DNA of 64,000 nucleotides from Ophelia neglecta (GCA_965285935.1 OZ260662.1:70866001-70930000), one strand, 5' to 3'; positions 12,631 to 25,876 are shown, counted from the stretch's first letter. Notes: generated by a model from the sequence alone, not told the origin. Numbers and translations: made by a program.

Positions 12631-14541
12631 TATGGATGTACATGTAGTTCTAGTGTCAGCTAACCTCACCTAACTCTATATTGAGCTGACACGTCACCAC
12701 AAGGGCTAGATGAATAACACTGGGTAAAAACGCTTGGAAGTCCGCACATAGTGTTGAACGGCTAATTCTCTGCTTTGCTTACAATGATCACCTTAGCTCG
12801 TTCATAATTTCGTGGAGAAGGGGGCTTTTTCCACCACGGCTCCGCGACATTCGAAAAATAGGGGGTATTTTTCATTACAATCTTCGCGATGAAAGGGTAT
12901 TTCTGAACAAGAGAATATCGTATTTTTTACTTGTAACCACAAATAAGAAAGCCCTATTTACTATTTCAAACATTCTTAACATCTCTAGAAAGAAATAATG
13001 TACACTTTTTACGAGAATTTGTGGTGTCGGTATAAGGCTAGCCTGTGTATGCTCTATGGCTAATCTGGCGTGACATCAATATAAGTAGCCTATACATGTG
13101 TGGTATTTTGAACTTTTATTAGTCACTTTACTCTGTACGATGTTTCTAAAGAAAAATTCGGCTTGTATGATATTGTTTTTTTTTTATTAGATCATTACCC
13201 CTACCAATATGAAAGTTTCCCCGGGAAAGGTCTGCTTCCTCACCCGTAGTTTGAGTCCGGGGTTTGACCTGCAGTGGAACTGGCACCGCTCTCACCTCTC
13301 GGCACCCACCAGTTTAGAAATTCGGCGCCCCCTCCCCCCCCCCTTCCCCTGGCCCCCAACCAGCTCCAGAGCCATAACCCGCCAGATGGCCTACAAAGTA
13401 GGTTATTCCAAGGATCCCATCAACAATTGAACATTGCCTAATTTAAATCTACTACCGGGAAGTACTTGATTTGGATTTGGATTTTGGGGCTTAACGACAC
13501 ATAGACACCATGTGGGTCATTTAGTGTCTTAAGTTGGGTATAGTTTATCATTTATTGTATTGTCTATTTTTTATTTACATGAGGATAATAGTAGGGGAAG
13601 TAATTGAAGCCTATCTCTATTTTCTGGTGTAAAACATGGGCTCTATTAAAGAGCATTAAAGGACGAATCAACCTGATATTTTAGTGCAGATCCACGCGCG
13701 CTTAAATCTTGAGACAGGGGGCAAAACAACATGGTAACAATACTTATATATATACTTATTTTTCTCGGGTAAGCCAAAAGTCAACAGTCACATGGAGTTT
13801 AAAAGATTTATTTATTGCGGAAGAAATCGAAGTTGACTTATACATGAACAAATGTGTCTGAACTGATAGAAAGGCATCTTAGAGAATACAATGAAGTCAC
13901 TTCAAATTTATAGAATACTCTATAATCATATGACTGTAATAACACTAATACTACTGACTAACAACTTTCCATCTAGTATCTAAAGTGAACGATTTAGTAT
14001 TCAAAAACCTCAGGTGCCATAAGGGCTTCCTACAAATTATGTACAAGTTTATTTTCCTAATATTAATCTGTACACATTCCAAAATGAGACGTGACAGGCT
14101 TTAATGACATGTGGGATACCCGAAGGTCCGCCATTAGGGAGTGGCGGCCAGCGACTATGAGCTGTATACAGTATGGTTACCAGATTCAAGTGCGCGTGTG
14201 CAGATCCCAGATTCTAAGGTTGGTCTATCACAAGTCGATTAGTCACAGCTCTGGCCTGGGGATAGAGTGCGACTAAAGGAAATGGTGGGTTGCCGGATCA
14301 ACGCCTAAGCATGCCATGTAAACATATTAGTCATTGTAAAGAGTACCTTCGGGGATTTTTACACTTATGATAAAATATTAAGGGTTATTGAGTTGAGGAT
14401 CATATGACCCTTGAGCTAGTGGCCTTGTCCTTTTAAAAGTTGTCTACCGACATATAGGGCATTTGGCCCCCATTTTCCGAACAGAGTGACACCGCGCGTG
14501 ATTTGATTAGCAACAATTAAGAGACAAATTAGCCTGCCGGT

Positions 14542-14824
14542 ATGAAGTTTTCCAACTTATTCATCATCATTTTCATTCAACTAGGAATTGTTTTGGGCGC
14601 GCCAAATCCCACTAAGATTGAAAAGGGAACAAACTCTTCTCCACAAGACGGGATAAAACAGGCAAAGGACAATGGCCGTTATCCGGATATGATACAACTA
14701 CTGAATACGCGCCTAACAAAAGTCGATCTAAGAAGGATGACCGATGGGAAACAATTGGTGAAAAAAAATGTCTGGGGAAATGAACGCATGGATGACATGG
14801 TGGACAAATCGAAAGAATCCAAAG
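14542..14824 (+). CDS. Uncharacterised secreted protein, exon 1 (signal peptide MKFSNLFIIIFIQLGIVLG-AP)
   Basis: ATG, classic n/h/c signal-peptide pattern, AAAG|gtaatt donor (phase 1) that fits the acceptor at 16419. Confidence 0.72.
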
Positions 14825-15718
14825 GTAATTAAAAAGTAGTAAAGGGGTTTTCTGTCCCCCTGGAGTTTTGTATTATTTATCGCATCTGTCGATGGATAAA
14901 CTAGCCATAGAAGAAGACGTCCTGTTTTGCAAGTTTGGATTCAATTAAAAATTTTCCCTTCAAAATTCTAAAACGATGTTTTACTATTTTATACATAATT
15001 ACATAAAATGCATTATAAAGCATATAATTACAATGGAAAATCGAATTGGACTCCTATTTGAGTATGTACCAAATCATGTCATACAGACTAATTTAACTTT
15101 TGTAACAGAACATGACCAAACTGTACAAAAAGTGCAAATAAATGAGCAGAAATGCTTCACAATAAATGTAAGATTACAATGCTTTAACAAGCAGGAAAAT
15201 AATTATAGGCTAGGTTAAAAATCATAAGTATTTGCTAAAAGGCAAGTGTTTAAAGGCCTTTATATGATACGAATGTCACTAAATCGAAGGTGTATGACGC
15301 GATTGTGCAATTGCTTAACCATTTTATTAACTATCGACTAGGTAATATAATATTCAACGTTATTGAGATTAAAGAGCATGGTCAGATTGGAGAAAGAAAT
15401 GAGCATAACATGTTTATCGAACTTCACGCAAAAACGCTTATACTTCCGGCAGAATTAACCCTAAAATTAACTTGAAGTAGTAAACCCAAAAATTCAAATG
15501 GAGGGGTGTACATCTATAGATGAAGTGAGTGACTATAGCTTTAACTTCATGGATCAGATTGCCTAAAGATTGTAAGTTGTATGCAATCCCGGGGTTGGCA
15601 ATTTCCTTATTTTGTCACATGTATCTATTTTGGTTTTCGGTACGTATCTGACACGTTCGAGATAATCTAGAGTGGCAATTTTTAATTATGAATTAGGATT
15701 CTATAACAAACGGGGCGT

Positions 15719-15848
15719 AGTGAACCAATTTGTCTTTGAGTGAACCAGATGGTCCACGAGTGACCCAATTGGTCTGTGAGTGACCCAATTGGTCTGTGAG
15801 TGACCCAATTGGTCTGTGAGTGACCCAATTGGTCTGTGAGTGACCCAC
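15719..15848. repeat. 20-bp tandem repeat (gtgagtgacccaattggtct), about 6 copies
   Basis: near-perfect central copies with degenerate flanking copies. Confidence 0.9.
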
Positions 15849-16419
15849 ATGTCTTGATTGTCCCAGTTTGTCTTTGTGTGATCCAATAGGGATAGGATTA
15901 ACGTACTTTATCTTGAGTTACCAAATTTGTCTACGGTTGAGCCGTTTTGGGCTGAAAGGGAGCCATTTTGGCTATGAACTGTCCGATTTGTGTATGTTCC
16001 ACGTTTACCCGGAAAATCCATTTCACAACAAATTCGATTCAAACTTAAATTGATGTGTTAAAGTTATGATCGACAAACTTCGTGCATTACCAAAGTGATG
16101 CAACACAAAATAATGATATAATACACTATCGAGGTAAGGTTAGTTTTCTCGTAATTTTGTACCTTAACTCCTATATATAAAATATATTTGATGCCTAGCT
16201 AAGTAATTTGGCACTCCAACACTTTATCTGGCAATCACAAAGCGCTGCAACATGTATGTGTCACCGTCTGTTTATTGATATCCATTGGAATCCTTAACTT
16301 AAAAGGGCGATTCAACACATGTTTCGAATTTGATTTGTATATAATGTTAAAACAAAACCCTACTATCGTAAATCAAAAACAACTGCATTTGACACGTGGT
16401 AAATCAAATTCTATTGCAG

Positions 16420-16814
16420 GCGCGGAAATCACAAATGGGCGACAATTTGAAGATTTGAATTCTCCTACCGGTGTTGCTCCAAGCCGTGACTTCTTACCGC
16501 TGGACCAAATCTTGCCCCGGCAGTATTGGATTGAGAGTTTGGAGATGCTGTTCTTCCATATCTACCTTCCTGGCGAAACAATCCAATATGCAAAGGTTAA
16601 AGGCAACCCCCAAGTCTTCGCCACAGTCGAAAAGCGTGTCGCAGCTGACATCAACCTACTAAGTCACCTGACAGACGAACAGCTATTACTCTTGTTCTGG
16701 AAGTTACATTTCTTAATCCGGTCTGGAAAGATAATCGAAGATGGAACGATTATCATAGACGGCAAAGAATACAACATAACCGATTTAATTTCGTCTTGTT
16801 GTCCGATGGGATAA
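16420..16814 (+). CDS. Uncharacterised secreted protein, exon 2 (AEITNGRQ...DLISSCCPMG*)
   Basis: ctattgcag acceptor in phase with exon 1 (G+GC = Gly); 130 further open codons; AATAAA near 17261. Confidence 0.7.
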
Positions 16815-19800
16815 CTTGTTTACTTGAAAATCTGATCTATCGGTCTCATCCGTATTTGACATATTCTTTCCACTAAAGCACACTGCATACATTATCATGA
16901 TTAAAACCTAAATGTAACGTTACACTTTATCGGTCGATGTCAGCGACAGATATTCACCTTCAAGCTTCAGTTTAACATTCGACGGTCCCATTCGACGTTG
17001 GCGCCATGCGTTCCTTACACTACACACGGATATATACTACTATAGAGAATTGTACTGAAAAATGTATTTCTAACCCTAATCAGTTATATATACATAGCAA
17101 GAGAATAGCCTAAAACAAAGATTACATTTCTGATCAATCTTACGGTTAAAAAGAGATGATCAAAATGTGTGAGCTAGGCCTGTTTATTTTAAAATCAAAT
17201 GTGACACTGGTCACTTCCAACTACTAATTGCCGTGCCAATACAACGTAGGCTACTGAGAAAATAAATAAATACTAATCTGGGATCTTACTCATTTACAAT
17301 CATTCGTAAAAATGTATTTGTTTTAAGGATTCTCGACAATAGGATATATGGACTGTTTCCAGGCTATATTTGTTGATCTAACCATGTCGTTCAAAGCAAG
17401 TACATGTTAATGAACAAGCAACATGGCACCGATTTGTTTCGTCTTTTCAAATAATCAAAATAATTTAATATAAGTTATGATAGGGTAAATAAAACACATT
17501 TATCATATAAAAGATACGTAGACCACACAACTCGTTGAATGGCTGAGAGCTCGCAACTCGTTGTATTTAGACGAGTTGATAGTGTCAAGGTAAAACAACA
17601 TAGTAGTTATTATTGAGCTCAGGTTATGAAATTTTACATATTATGACCGATAAGAAACGTTACATATTATGACGTTACATATTATGACCAACTTGGATTG
17701 GGCATACTCTTCCGAACAATTGTCAATGGGAACCGAAGTAAAAGTTGGCGCCTACGAAATTACCCTATATTGTCACGCCCTAATTATCTTGTTATGAAAG
17801 CTTCTGAAAGCCTTTTGCGTTGATGGAAATAGGATATCCATTACACAATTTTTTTTGCCGACATTAGCCCTTTTATTTTTGCTAAAGGATGTGTTATGTG
17901 TATTTTACTGACATGAGCCCTTTTAATTTTGCTAAGGGATAGGTAAAGAATCATGGTCATATAGCTGGGTCAGAAGTCGATTTAACATCTTAATATCGCA
18001 TGTATACTGACACCGGCTTAGCCGGTCTCACCATACATAACCTCATTTATCGCATTTTGTCAGAAATAAATACAATAAAAGTCATTGACTGCTGCCATTG
18101 AACATTACAATATCCCACAAAGACATACCCATATTCAGTAAGACTTATGATTTTTATATTTCACCAATGTATAGTTAGTCCTTGTACATGGATCTTGGAA
18201 TGAACATGCCCCTAAACAGGATTCATGTAAATATTGGAAAAGATTCTATTTCCTTATATTTTTCCAAAATGAATATAAAGTATATAGGATGCTACACCAT
18301 TCTTCTAACTTTTAAACAAATTACTAGACTAAAAAGCAACCAAAGAGCGCAAATTTTCATCAATAAGTATGTCTGCGCGGAAGATGATTAAAAACCAACA
18401 TTTTAGCTCATATCGCCCATTCGGGTTCTTCATTTTTTATAAAAAAATATATTGACTTGCCCTCAACTATCTCCCCTGTCGACCTTGAACTTCACCAAGC
18501 AGCACGCGTGTTCGGACAGTTTCGACCTTAGCCTGCTCTGCTATCGCCTGGCCAGGGATTCCTTGGTCCATGCAACATAAGCACTCTCAGCAAGCCGTCC
18601 ACCAGTCCCGGTTCTTGGCTGACCAGGGACACCTTACTCCCACGCAAGGAACTTGAGGTCACGAGAAAAAAAGTCGTGGGCACGAGATAGTGTCTTGGGG
18701 TCACGACATAGCATGTAGCGGGAATAGTATCTCGGGCCATGAGATACTTATAAGTCATAGGAATGAGATGACCCTAAGGTTTTATAAACTTTAAGGCAAA
18801 TATGCCTACATGCTTTCTGAAATGTCACTCTATTAATTTTAGGCGATAATGATGCCTAAGGTAGACTAAAATATCAGGACTGGCCAGATATTTGCAATTT
18901 ATAATTTTTTGCGCTTGTCCCCGAATCTAGACAATGCCCTTAAGCTTGAATCACTGAAAATATCACCATCATGTAATATTACCTGCATGATAATATATGG
19001 CTGGATATTAACATTATGGTTTTGTAACATATATGCAGAAAGATGTGACAGTTTAGTCATTTCAATCCTAGTAATCTAGATGGTTGCCATGAACACAGCT
19101 ACATCATTCTGCGCTGGTTGCCAGGTAGGCACCAAAACTTTAATGACATTAGGGTGGATGCGAACAAGATAAAATTGATAAAAATCACACGAGACCTATT
19201 TTTAACCCATGTGCTCCTCGACGCGAGGCAAAGTGACCACAAAGTAGCATATACGCGACTGTTATTATATTTTATTATCGTAGATGGGCAGTATGCTTGT
19301 AAAAGTAAAAAGTTAAACAGCATAACGAAGTGTATATTCTGAATATTCATCATCAACTAGCTAGCATAGTGTTCTTAACCGCCCATCAAATAGAAATGTA
19401 TTATATTTATTGTGATCATACCCTTAGGTTATATCTAGTTTGCACTTGCCTGGGGGTAAAACACATACAATGAAACGTATCATTGTCTAGAATATATTTC
19501 GATACATAACGTTAGCAAGGATCCTGCAAGTGAAATGCTTAAAATTGAATATACCATGTTCTTTTACTACAAATGCAATCTATATAATATTCAGCATGTA
19601 GTAAGTACTGGTCCCTGCCAGTGAAATACATCATTACATCATAAATCTTAAGAAGTGAGTACTGGTTAAATCCTTAAAATGCTACTTGTATATTATAGAT
19701 GTATACAATGTTCATATTTCCCAATTACGTTAAATGTGTTTAGATCAGTCTAACTATATGAAGATAATTGAAAACTGCCAGCAGTGGTTCCTTCCAACGA

Positions 19801-20060
19801 AATGACAAATGCAATACATGAGTATAATAGTGATAGGCTAGGTGGGAGTTACCAAGCGTATACCCAAAAGTAACTACGTAGCCCGCACCTTTCAAAATGC
19901 CATACGGATTGAGTCGTACAGTTTGTTATGTAACTTCTGTACTGAAGTTGTGCTAAAAAAAGGCCAAGCATAAGTCTCTGCCAGTTCCCTTCTTGGGTTA
20001 TTTGCTCCTGGTTAGGAGTCATGCACCCCAGACACCTGTGGCCCCTAAGTCTACCTGCCC

Positions 20061-21101
20061 TTATGAGAAGCCGAAGGTAAGAGTGGTAATTTCTTCCACT
20101 TCGGGCTCCGGATCCTTTCCATCCGGGATGGCGGCCAGGCCTGCCATCAAGCCGAATCCCAGGAAGGTGGTGAACAGTTTGATGGCCTTGGCATTGTGGG
20201 AAAGGTGGTTGGATAGGACACCGATGAAGGTGCAGTATAAGAACACGCCTGCTGCCACTGACTGGAGACACCCGTTAACAAGGTCAATGTCTTTGTTGTC
20301 CGACTGACTATGAAAGATGCCCAGTCCGATCGCGACGCCGATGACTGGGGTTATGGCGTACATGAACGCACACAGCACCACCCATCGCGTGGGCTGCGTT
20401 TTTACAAACTCCATTCCTAGACAGAAAGAAATGATAAACTCGTGTCCGATGATACCTGCAAACATGGTCCAAACAGCTACCGTAGTATATTTTAGTCCAA
20501 GACTCAGTCCTTCAAATACGCAATCGAGAGATAAAGCTACCAACATAACTACCGTACGAGCACGTGTCGCGGCGGTTTCGGGCACTATTTGATGCCCTAA
20601 TTCCTCTTGCTTCCCCGTGTCTTTAAGGCCTTGGCCATTCTCCATTCTTAGACTGTCGGCCTGTTTATGGTCTTCAGTGTCCTCGACACCCATCTGATAG
20701 GCGGCGTTGGCGGCCGCGCTTGGCATCGGCTTGGCTTGGCTTGCTTCTACAAGTTCTTGGGCTTTCGATAGTTGTTCATTGTTGGAATCATTACAGTAGT
20801 TAATGAGCTTTTCGATGAGCAGGATCATAAAAAAGCCTCCACCAGCAATTGCTTCAGGAACAGGGTAGTCAATCCCTCGTGGCGTTAACAGAGATTCATC
20901 TAACAACTCCCGTATCTCCGGGGTCATGTGTAACATAAAGATTCCAAGGAACACCCCGCCACCGAAACACGTGATGCAGTCGACTACCAACTGCCCTCTC
21001 TTGGTAAGTGCTTTTCCCACCGCTATAGGGAGCAGGAAAAACAACAGGATGATACCAAACATCAGGAACAATGCGCATATCTTGGTTCCGAGGAGGTCCA
21101 T
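20061..21101 (-). CDS. ZIP (SLC39) metal transporter, ZIP1/2/3-like, single coding exon, 346 aa
   Basis: ATG at 21101 (MDLLGTKI); about 8 hydrophobic segments; family motifs CFGGGVFL, LH..PE, YPVPE, ALSL..VFEGL.LG, TP.G..IG, LQ.VAAG.FLY.TF. Confidence 0.93.
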   Translation of the reverse strand: MDLLGTKICALFLMFGIILLFFLLPIAVGKALTKRGQLVVDCITCFGGGVFLGIFMLHMTPEIRELLDESLLTPRGIDYPVPEAIAGGGFFMILLIEKLINYCNDSNNEQLSKAQELVEASQAKPMPSAAANAAYQMGVEDTEDHKQADSLRMENGQGLKDTGKQEELGHQIVPETAATRARTVVMLVALSLDCVFEGLSLGLKYTTVAVWTMFAGIIGHEFIISFCLGMEFVKTQPTRWVVLCAFMYAITPVIGVAIGLGIFHSQSDNKDIDLVNGCLQSVAAGVFLYCTFIGVLSNHLSHNAKAIKLFTTFLGFGLMAGLAAIPDGKDPEPEVEEITTLTFGFS

Positions 21102-21187
21102 AGCGAATGTAACGGGGTATTGGCAATTATATTGCAATGAAAAGAAAAAGCTTGATCTCCAGGGAAGTTGGGCACACTGGCTATTGC

Positions 21188-21218
21188 AACTGAAGTGCGA
21201 AGTACGAAGCTTTATATA
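21188..21218 (-). promoter_or_regulatory. Candidate TATA box plus Initiator core promoter of the ZIP gene
   Basis: minus-strand TATATAAA (21218-21211) about 27 nt upstream of the A in TCAGTT (21193-21188), ~90 nt before the ATG. Confidence 0.5.
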
Positions 21219-23379
21219 AGATATGCCTTCTTGGTTATCTGTTAACAGTTAGAGACAAGGGTTTTTTTGTTCAACCTCAGCAATGTTACTATTAATCGTG
21301 CCTATAATCCACTTTTGTATGACAGAAGCACGTTCGAAAGATCCTGTGATTTCATTAGTTTATTATGCGATATCTATCATTTGTTATCTTTTGATGTGAA
21401 ATTGTCTAGTCACTTTGTTATCACTGATAACAAGCGGTATCTCTCGATGCCAAAACACCTTGCACTGTACTCATGGTGAAAACTTTTCTCCATATTAATC
21501 GAAAAGGGGGTTTGTGGGCATTGTTCAAGGCAGGACATTATAGAATTTCGAAAAATTGGGAAAGTCACCAACAGCTTGATTTATCGGAAGGCGTCAAGAG
21601 TAGGAGTTCAAATAAGCACAAAGCGGTCATAATTTTTTATGAGTAAAGGTCCCGATCTAGACCCTCATACCAGATCTTGTTACTTAATATCCCACATAGC
21701 CTTATAATCATGTAAACAGCATCCAAAAGCGCCAAATGTCCGTCCTGCATCCAACCAACCAACACGGCATGTCAAAAGCACCAGCCTAGTTAAGACAAAG
21801 TAAATCGGAGAACACATATTTGAACCTTCTTCTGAATGCCTTATGAGATCATTGAAACTATCAAAGATTTTTTTCGCATTTGACATATGAACATATTAGC
21901 TCGTTCGCATAAGCCCGCTAGTACGTGGTGAGCTAGCTTCTCTGGCCATTGGAGACAACTTTTTCTCCAGCTAGTGTGAATTGCCTGGTAATTTCTTAAA
22001 GAACTAAGCTATAACAAGCCCTTACTAGAGACAGCACATATTTGCAATGCTTATCACGATGTTTCTGCTGCTGGTAGGCATACATACCTTAATACGCTAA
22101 CATTTTTGTATGACCAGGAGTTATCATGGGATATTCTTCAGCGTGTTCAAACAGTGTATTGATATTACCATACACCAATTAAATAGAAAATACAAAAAAA
22201 TAATTCATTTCTCGTTTTAAATATGAGCTTATGCGTATTTTGTTAAACATCTACGTGGTAGCAATCTTGCTAGGCGCCTCCTTTTTGCTAATGGTTTAGA
22301 TTTACTTATATATATATAATGTTAAGTGACATGTATAACACCACCTAACACTTTGAAGAATGTGAAATCTCATAAAGATAAACAATATTTCTGATAAGTT
22401 CATGTTCACAGCTCAAATATATTGAAAAGCCTCTACACATGTTTCATATCAACAATAGCACAATTGAGAGATATGCCTGCGCATTATAAGCTTATATCTA
22501 AATACAGTTCATCGGGTAACGGTAGCTTCTGGTGATTAGATATAGATAAGGAGTTCTATGCGGTCTTCGCCGCATGTTTCCAGATCATTGTGGCCTATAC
22601 GAGTACCCATTATTGAACACACATTGAAGGTTATTAAACTTAACAAGTTTTCTTTATAACCCATCATTATTAAAGGGTGGCTCCTGTGTGGGTGTCCCCT
22701 TATAGGACTTAGACGGCGTCTCCACGGACCATTTGTATTATTGATAAAGAAAATGTAAACCTTATTTGTTTTTGGTCTGATTAAAAAATCTAAGTTCAAA
22801 TCAAAATTAACTTCAGACAGCATTGTTTAATACCGAGTTTATTTATTTGTAATATTTTCTAAGTTTGCAATGTAAATGGATGTGTACGACTAGGGCCATC
22901 TTAACTTCATAAAAGGCTATTTACTAATAATATAGTGTACGCCTATCCTATAGGAGCCGGATCTTATATTATTATGCATTATAGCCTTCATGATATAGGC
23001 TGGCCTATATGGACAGGGGCCGGGCGATTAGAAAAAACGGGAGTGGAAATTCGACAGACAAAGCCAAATCATTATGCTAGGAATCCATAAAGTCGGTCCG
23101 AAATAATCAGGAACAAGCAGCCTCAGCCCCACACTCAACAATAAACAATCTCCAACTCCAAAACAATAAATACACTTGTAAAGCAAAAAATGTTTAGAGA
23201 GTTTATGATGGTCTTAGCTCTTGTAAACATAAATACCAATGATGAATTGTCTAAAATATACGGGTCCCTGCGTCCGGCGCTACCTACAGCATGCGGCTCA
23301 CCGGAAGTGTTTAGCCACTGGGGCCAGGGTAGGGATTATTATCATTTACTCCCATAGCGAGATGTTGTAACAGGACTTT

Positions 23380-24200
23380 ACCTCTTTTTTAGTATCCCAA
23401 AAAGGAATAACGACTAAGTTTCAAAGAATTTCGACGCAGCTACTTTCCCAGTATTCATGGACGGCTTGTAAAGCCTTCGGAACCAGTCCCTACAGATCTT
23501 TGGTTGTGCATTTTTTTAGATCCTGCTATGAACCGGTATTTATATGGTAAATAATTCCTCAAATGGTGTTCGAATAAATTTCATGTGTTTTATTGCATTG
23601 GTTATCTGTAAAGGAAAGGCCTTTTTCTCAGAAAAAAAAACTGTGAAACAATATAGTTTTGCAAATAGATGCACCAATACTTGTTGCTTTGTCCACTGGA
23701 ACTAAGACAAAGTGTTTGTTGATTTGTTTGTTTGTTGCTTTCAACACATATATAGTCTTATCACCACGGTGCCCACGGGTGACAGTGGGCCCAATGCCCT
23801 CTTTATAGTGCTGCCTCACTGGAGTACCTGCCGTAGACACCGCACAGGGAACCCCACCCGGTCACACTATACTGACACCGGGTCGACCAGTCCTGATACT
23901 AACCCCGAAATACCGGGCGTCTGGCAGGGGAGCTATAAGTACCTGTTTTTACGTCTTGGGTTTGACGCGATCGGGATTCGAGCCCCGATCTACCACTTGC
24001 CAGGCGGACACCCTAACTACTTGACCACGCTTTGGTGCAGTGTTTGTGGAGATATGATAAGTAGGATTTACTTCTGGATCTTCTTGAACTTGAGCAGGAG
24101 ATTGGACAGTTTTGTTATAACGATTGTCTACCTCTGTTTTCATTGCGTCAAAACAATCTGTATGTGCAGTTGGTTTGTGGGAAGCATGTCTGGTGATATT
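23380..24200 (-). mobile_element. Decayed Penelope-like retroelement reverse-transcriptase fragment, interrupted by a SINE
   Basis: with the SINE removed and one frameshift allowed, the minus strand reads DPEV.SYLSYLHKHFVLVPVDKATSIGASICK and further PYKYRFIAGSKKCTTK, motifs I recognise from Penelope-like RT N-terminal regions. Confidence 0.65.
23720..24038 (-). mobile_element. tRNA-derived SINE, full length, with (AAAC)n tail
   Basis: minus strand: A-box-like TGGTCAAGTAGTTAGG, B-box-like GGCTCGAATCCC, GC-rich body, AACAAACAAACAAA tail; 9-bp TSD AGTGTTTGT at 23711-23719 and 24039-24047. Confidence 0.88.
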
Positions 24201-24279
24201 CACCAATGGATGTTGAAGGCACCGAGGCTTCTCTTAGAACGGAAGGTATTACCAATTGTCTAATTGTCTGAAGTAATGG

Positions 24280-24396
24280 CGACAGCAAACTACCATCTGA
24301 GACGTAAAAGTCGCATCAGACGAAAACTTACTAAGGATGCTACTCAGTGGGCAGTTGTTACTTTAGTCCTCTCTTGATCAGACTATTGCAATAGCA
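24280..24396 (+). mobile_element. L2/CR1-type LINE fragment (post-RT region)
   Basis: translates TANYHLRRKSRIRRKLTKDATQWAVVTLVLS*SDYCNS, resembling the L2-clade motif HLR.I.RIR..LT.......LV.ALV.SRLDYCNS, with a stop. Confidence 0.7.
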
Positions 24397-25471
24397 AAAA
24401 AATTTGTCCTTTTAAAGTGGCGTAAAACATTATATAAATCGTATCAATAATATTACCCTCTCTAGTCTTATATCTTTTTCTTGCTATTGTTATATTTATT
24501 GCACAGTACCATAGTGTACCATAATGTTGTGTCTTATTCGGTTTTATCTTTCTGTTTTATGTCTCATAAGAACATTAAGATTTTCACCTGTTTGAATTAC
24601 TATGTTACTTTACACAATTGGCTTAGTGACTTTGAATAATTGAAATACATCATTTCCAATATTCTTGTGATATAAGCCCAAATATGACATTTTAAAATTA
24701 TTTTAATGCAGGGTAAATAGCTAAACCATCTCTGCAACTTTTAAGTGAACTTCCATGTGGTGTTAATGTAAATGTTATTGTACCACTCATCTGTTGGCAA
24801 AAATAAGCGTTTCTCGTGGACATTCCATCTTAATATACTATGTTGATCGTATTCAAAGAGCTCTTTGCTAATGAACCATTAAATTTTTGTTATATATATT
24901 CACATAATCAGAAAAAACACAGGGTTTATTATATATTTGCTATGCATTGCCAATTTATTTTTCGTATTGAGATAAAACGTAACAATAGGGCTTGTTTTAT
25001 AATTAAAATATTTTTATCTGGTCATTCTAATCAGTGCTTTTTTGTATTTTTCATAATACTTGCAAGAAAGAAAATAGAAATGATAACAAGAAATTCAACA
25101 AGTGTTTTATCCAGTATTCGTAAGTCCGTTTTCGTTCGGTCTAAGCGTGATTTGATCAATCATTTTTTTTATAACTTTTTCTTTATGCTGCGCAGAATCA
25201 ACAGATAGCTTGTGATATACATTTGAAACATTATGTACATAATTATTCAAGTTTTCGTCGTCATTTCCGTACAAATTGGCCTACGTCCGTAGTTTCCATC
25301 CAGTCTGCAAATGATAAGAAAATTGCTGTTAAGCATAACATAGCTATGTAGATGTAAAATTGATTCAGCGAAGGTTATAGTTTGAGATGAGATTAATCTT
25401 ATAATATTACACGGATATTTACGACCCATGTCTCTATGGTTACAGCATTTACCTTGTGTGGGGTTAATGTA

Positions 25472-25503
25472 TTACGGCGCCGCACCTACTGTTGAAGTTT
25501 CTT
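25472..25503 (-). CDS. Mucin/SCO-spondin-like probable terminal exon (EETSTVGAAP*)
   Basis: tttttacag acceptor, phase 1 matches donor at 25735; alternative is read-through to TAA at 25721-25723. Confidence 0.65.
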
Positions 25504-25734
25504 CTGTAAAAACACAATCCACATTGATTACTATGACCGCTTTGATAAAAGACTGCGGCGATTATCGCCAGATTATGAACATTACAACTTTAGACTGCAT
25601 GGATATTTATAAAGGCAGTAATGCCTTCTCAATATATATACATTTGGTATTCTAGCGCATTATTCCAAAAAATGAGTCCTTACACATCGATTCCATTGCC
25701 ATAGAGAAAAATAAAGGCACTTAAGTCAACGTAC

Positions 25735-25876
25735 CGCCAACACATTCTTTACAGGCACATGATGTCATCATCATGACCTCTACGGCAAGGTCAGAGCCAT
25801 CTGGGCAGGTCAGAGTGATTCCTGTGTAGTCGCCCTCACCGGCGCAACATTTACATTGCTTGTCGTGATACAACTC
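25735..25876 (-). CDS. Cystine-knot (CTCK) second half (ELYHDKQCKCCAGE...LTCPDG...TSCACKEC)
   Basis: atttcag acceptor; CxCC, CPDG and CxC..C pattern. Confidence 0.92.

Noticed and set aside
18480-18760. GC-richer patch with a 76-aa minus-strand ORF
   Set aside because: No family motif or clear splice sites; more likely a repeat remnant
21102-21137. N-terminal extension of the ZIP ORF (MQYNCQYPVTFA)
   Set aside because: It begins at TTG; the first ATG at 21101 gives a typical ZIP N-terminus
23960-24038. tRNA gene
   Set aside because: A- and B-box-like motifs are present, but the sequence continues into a SINE body with tail and TSD, and I cannot fold a convincing cloverleaf
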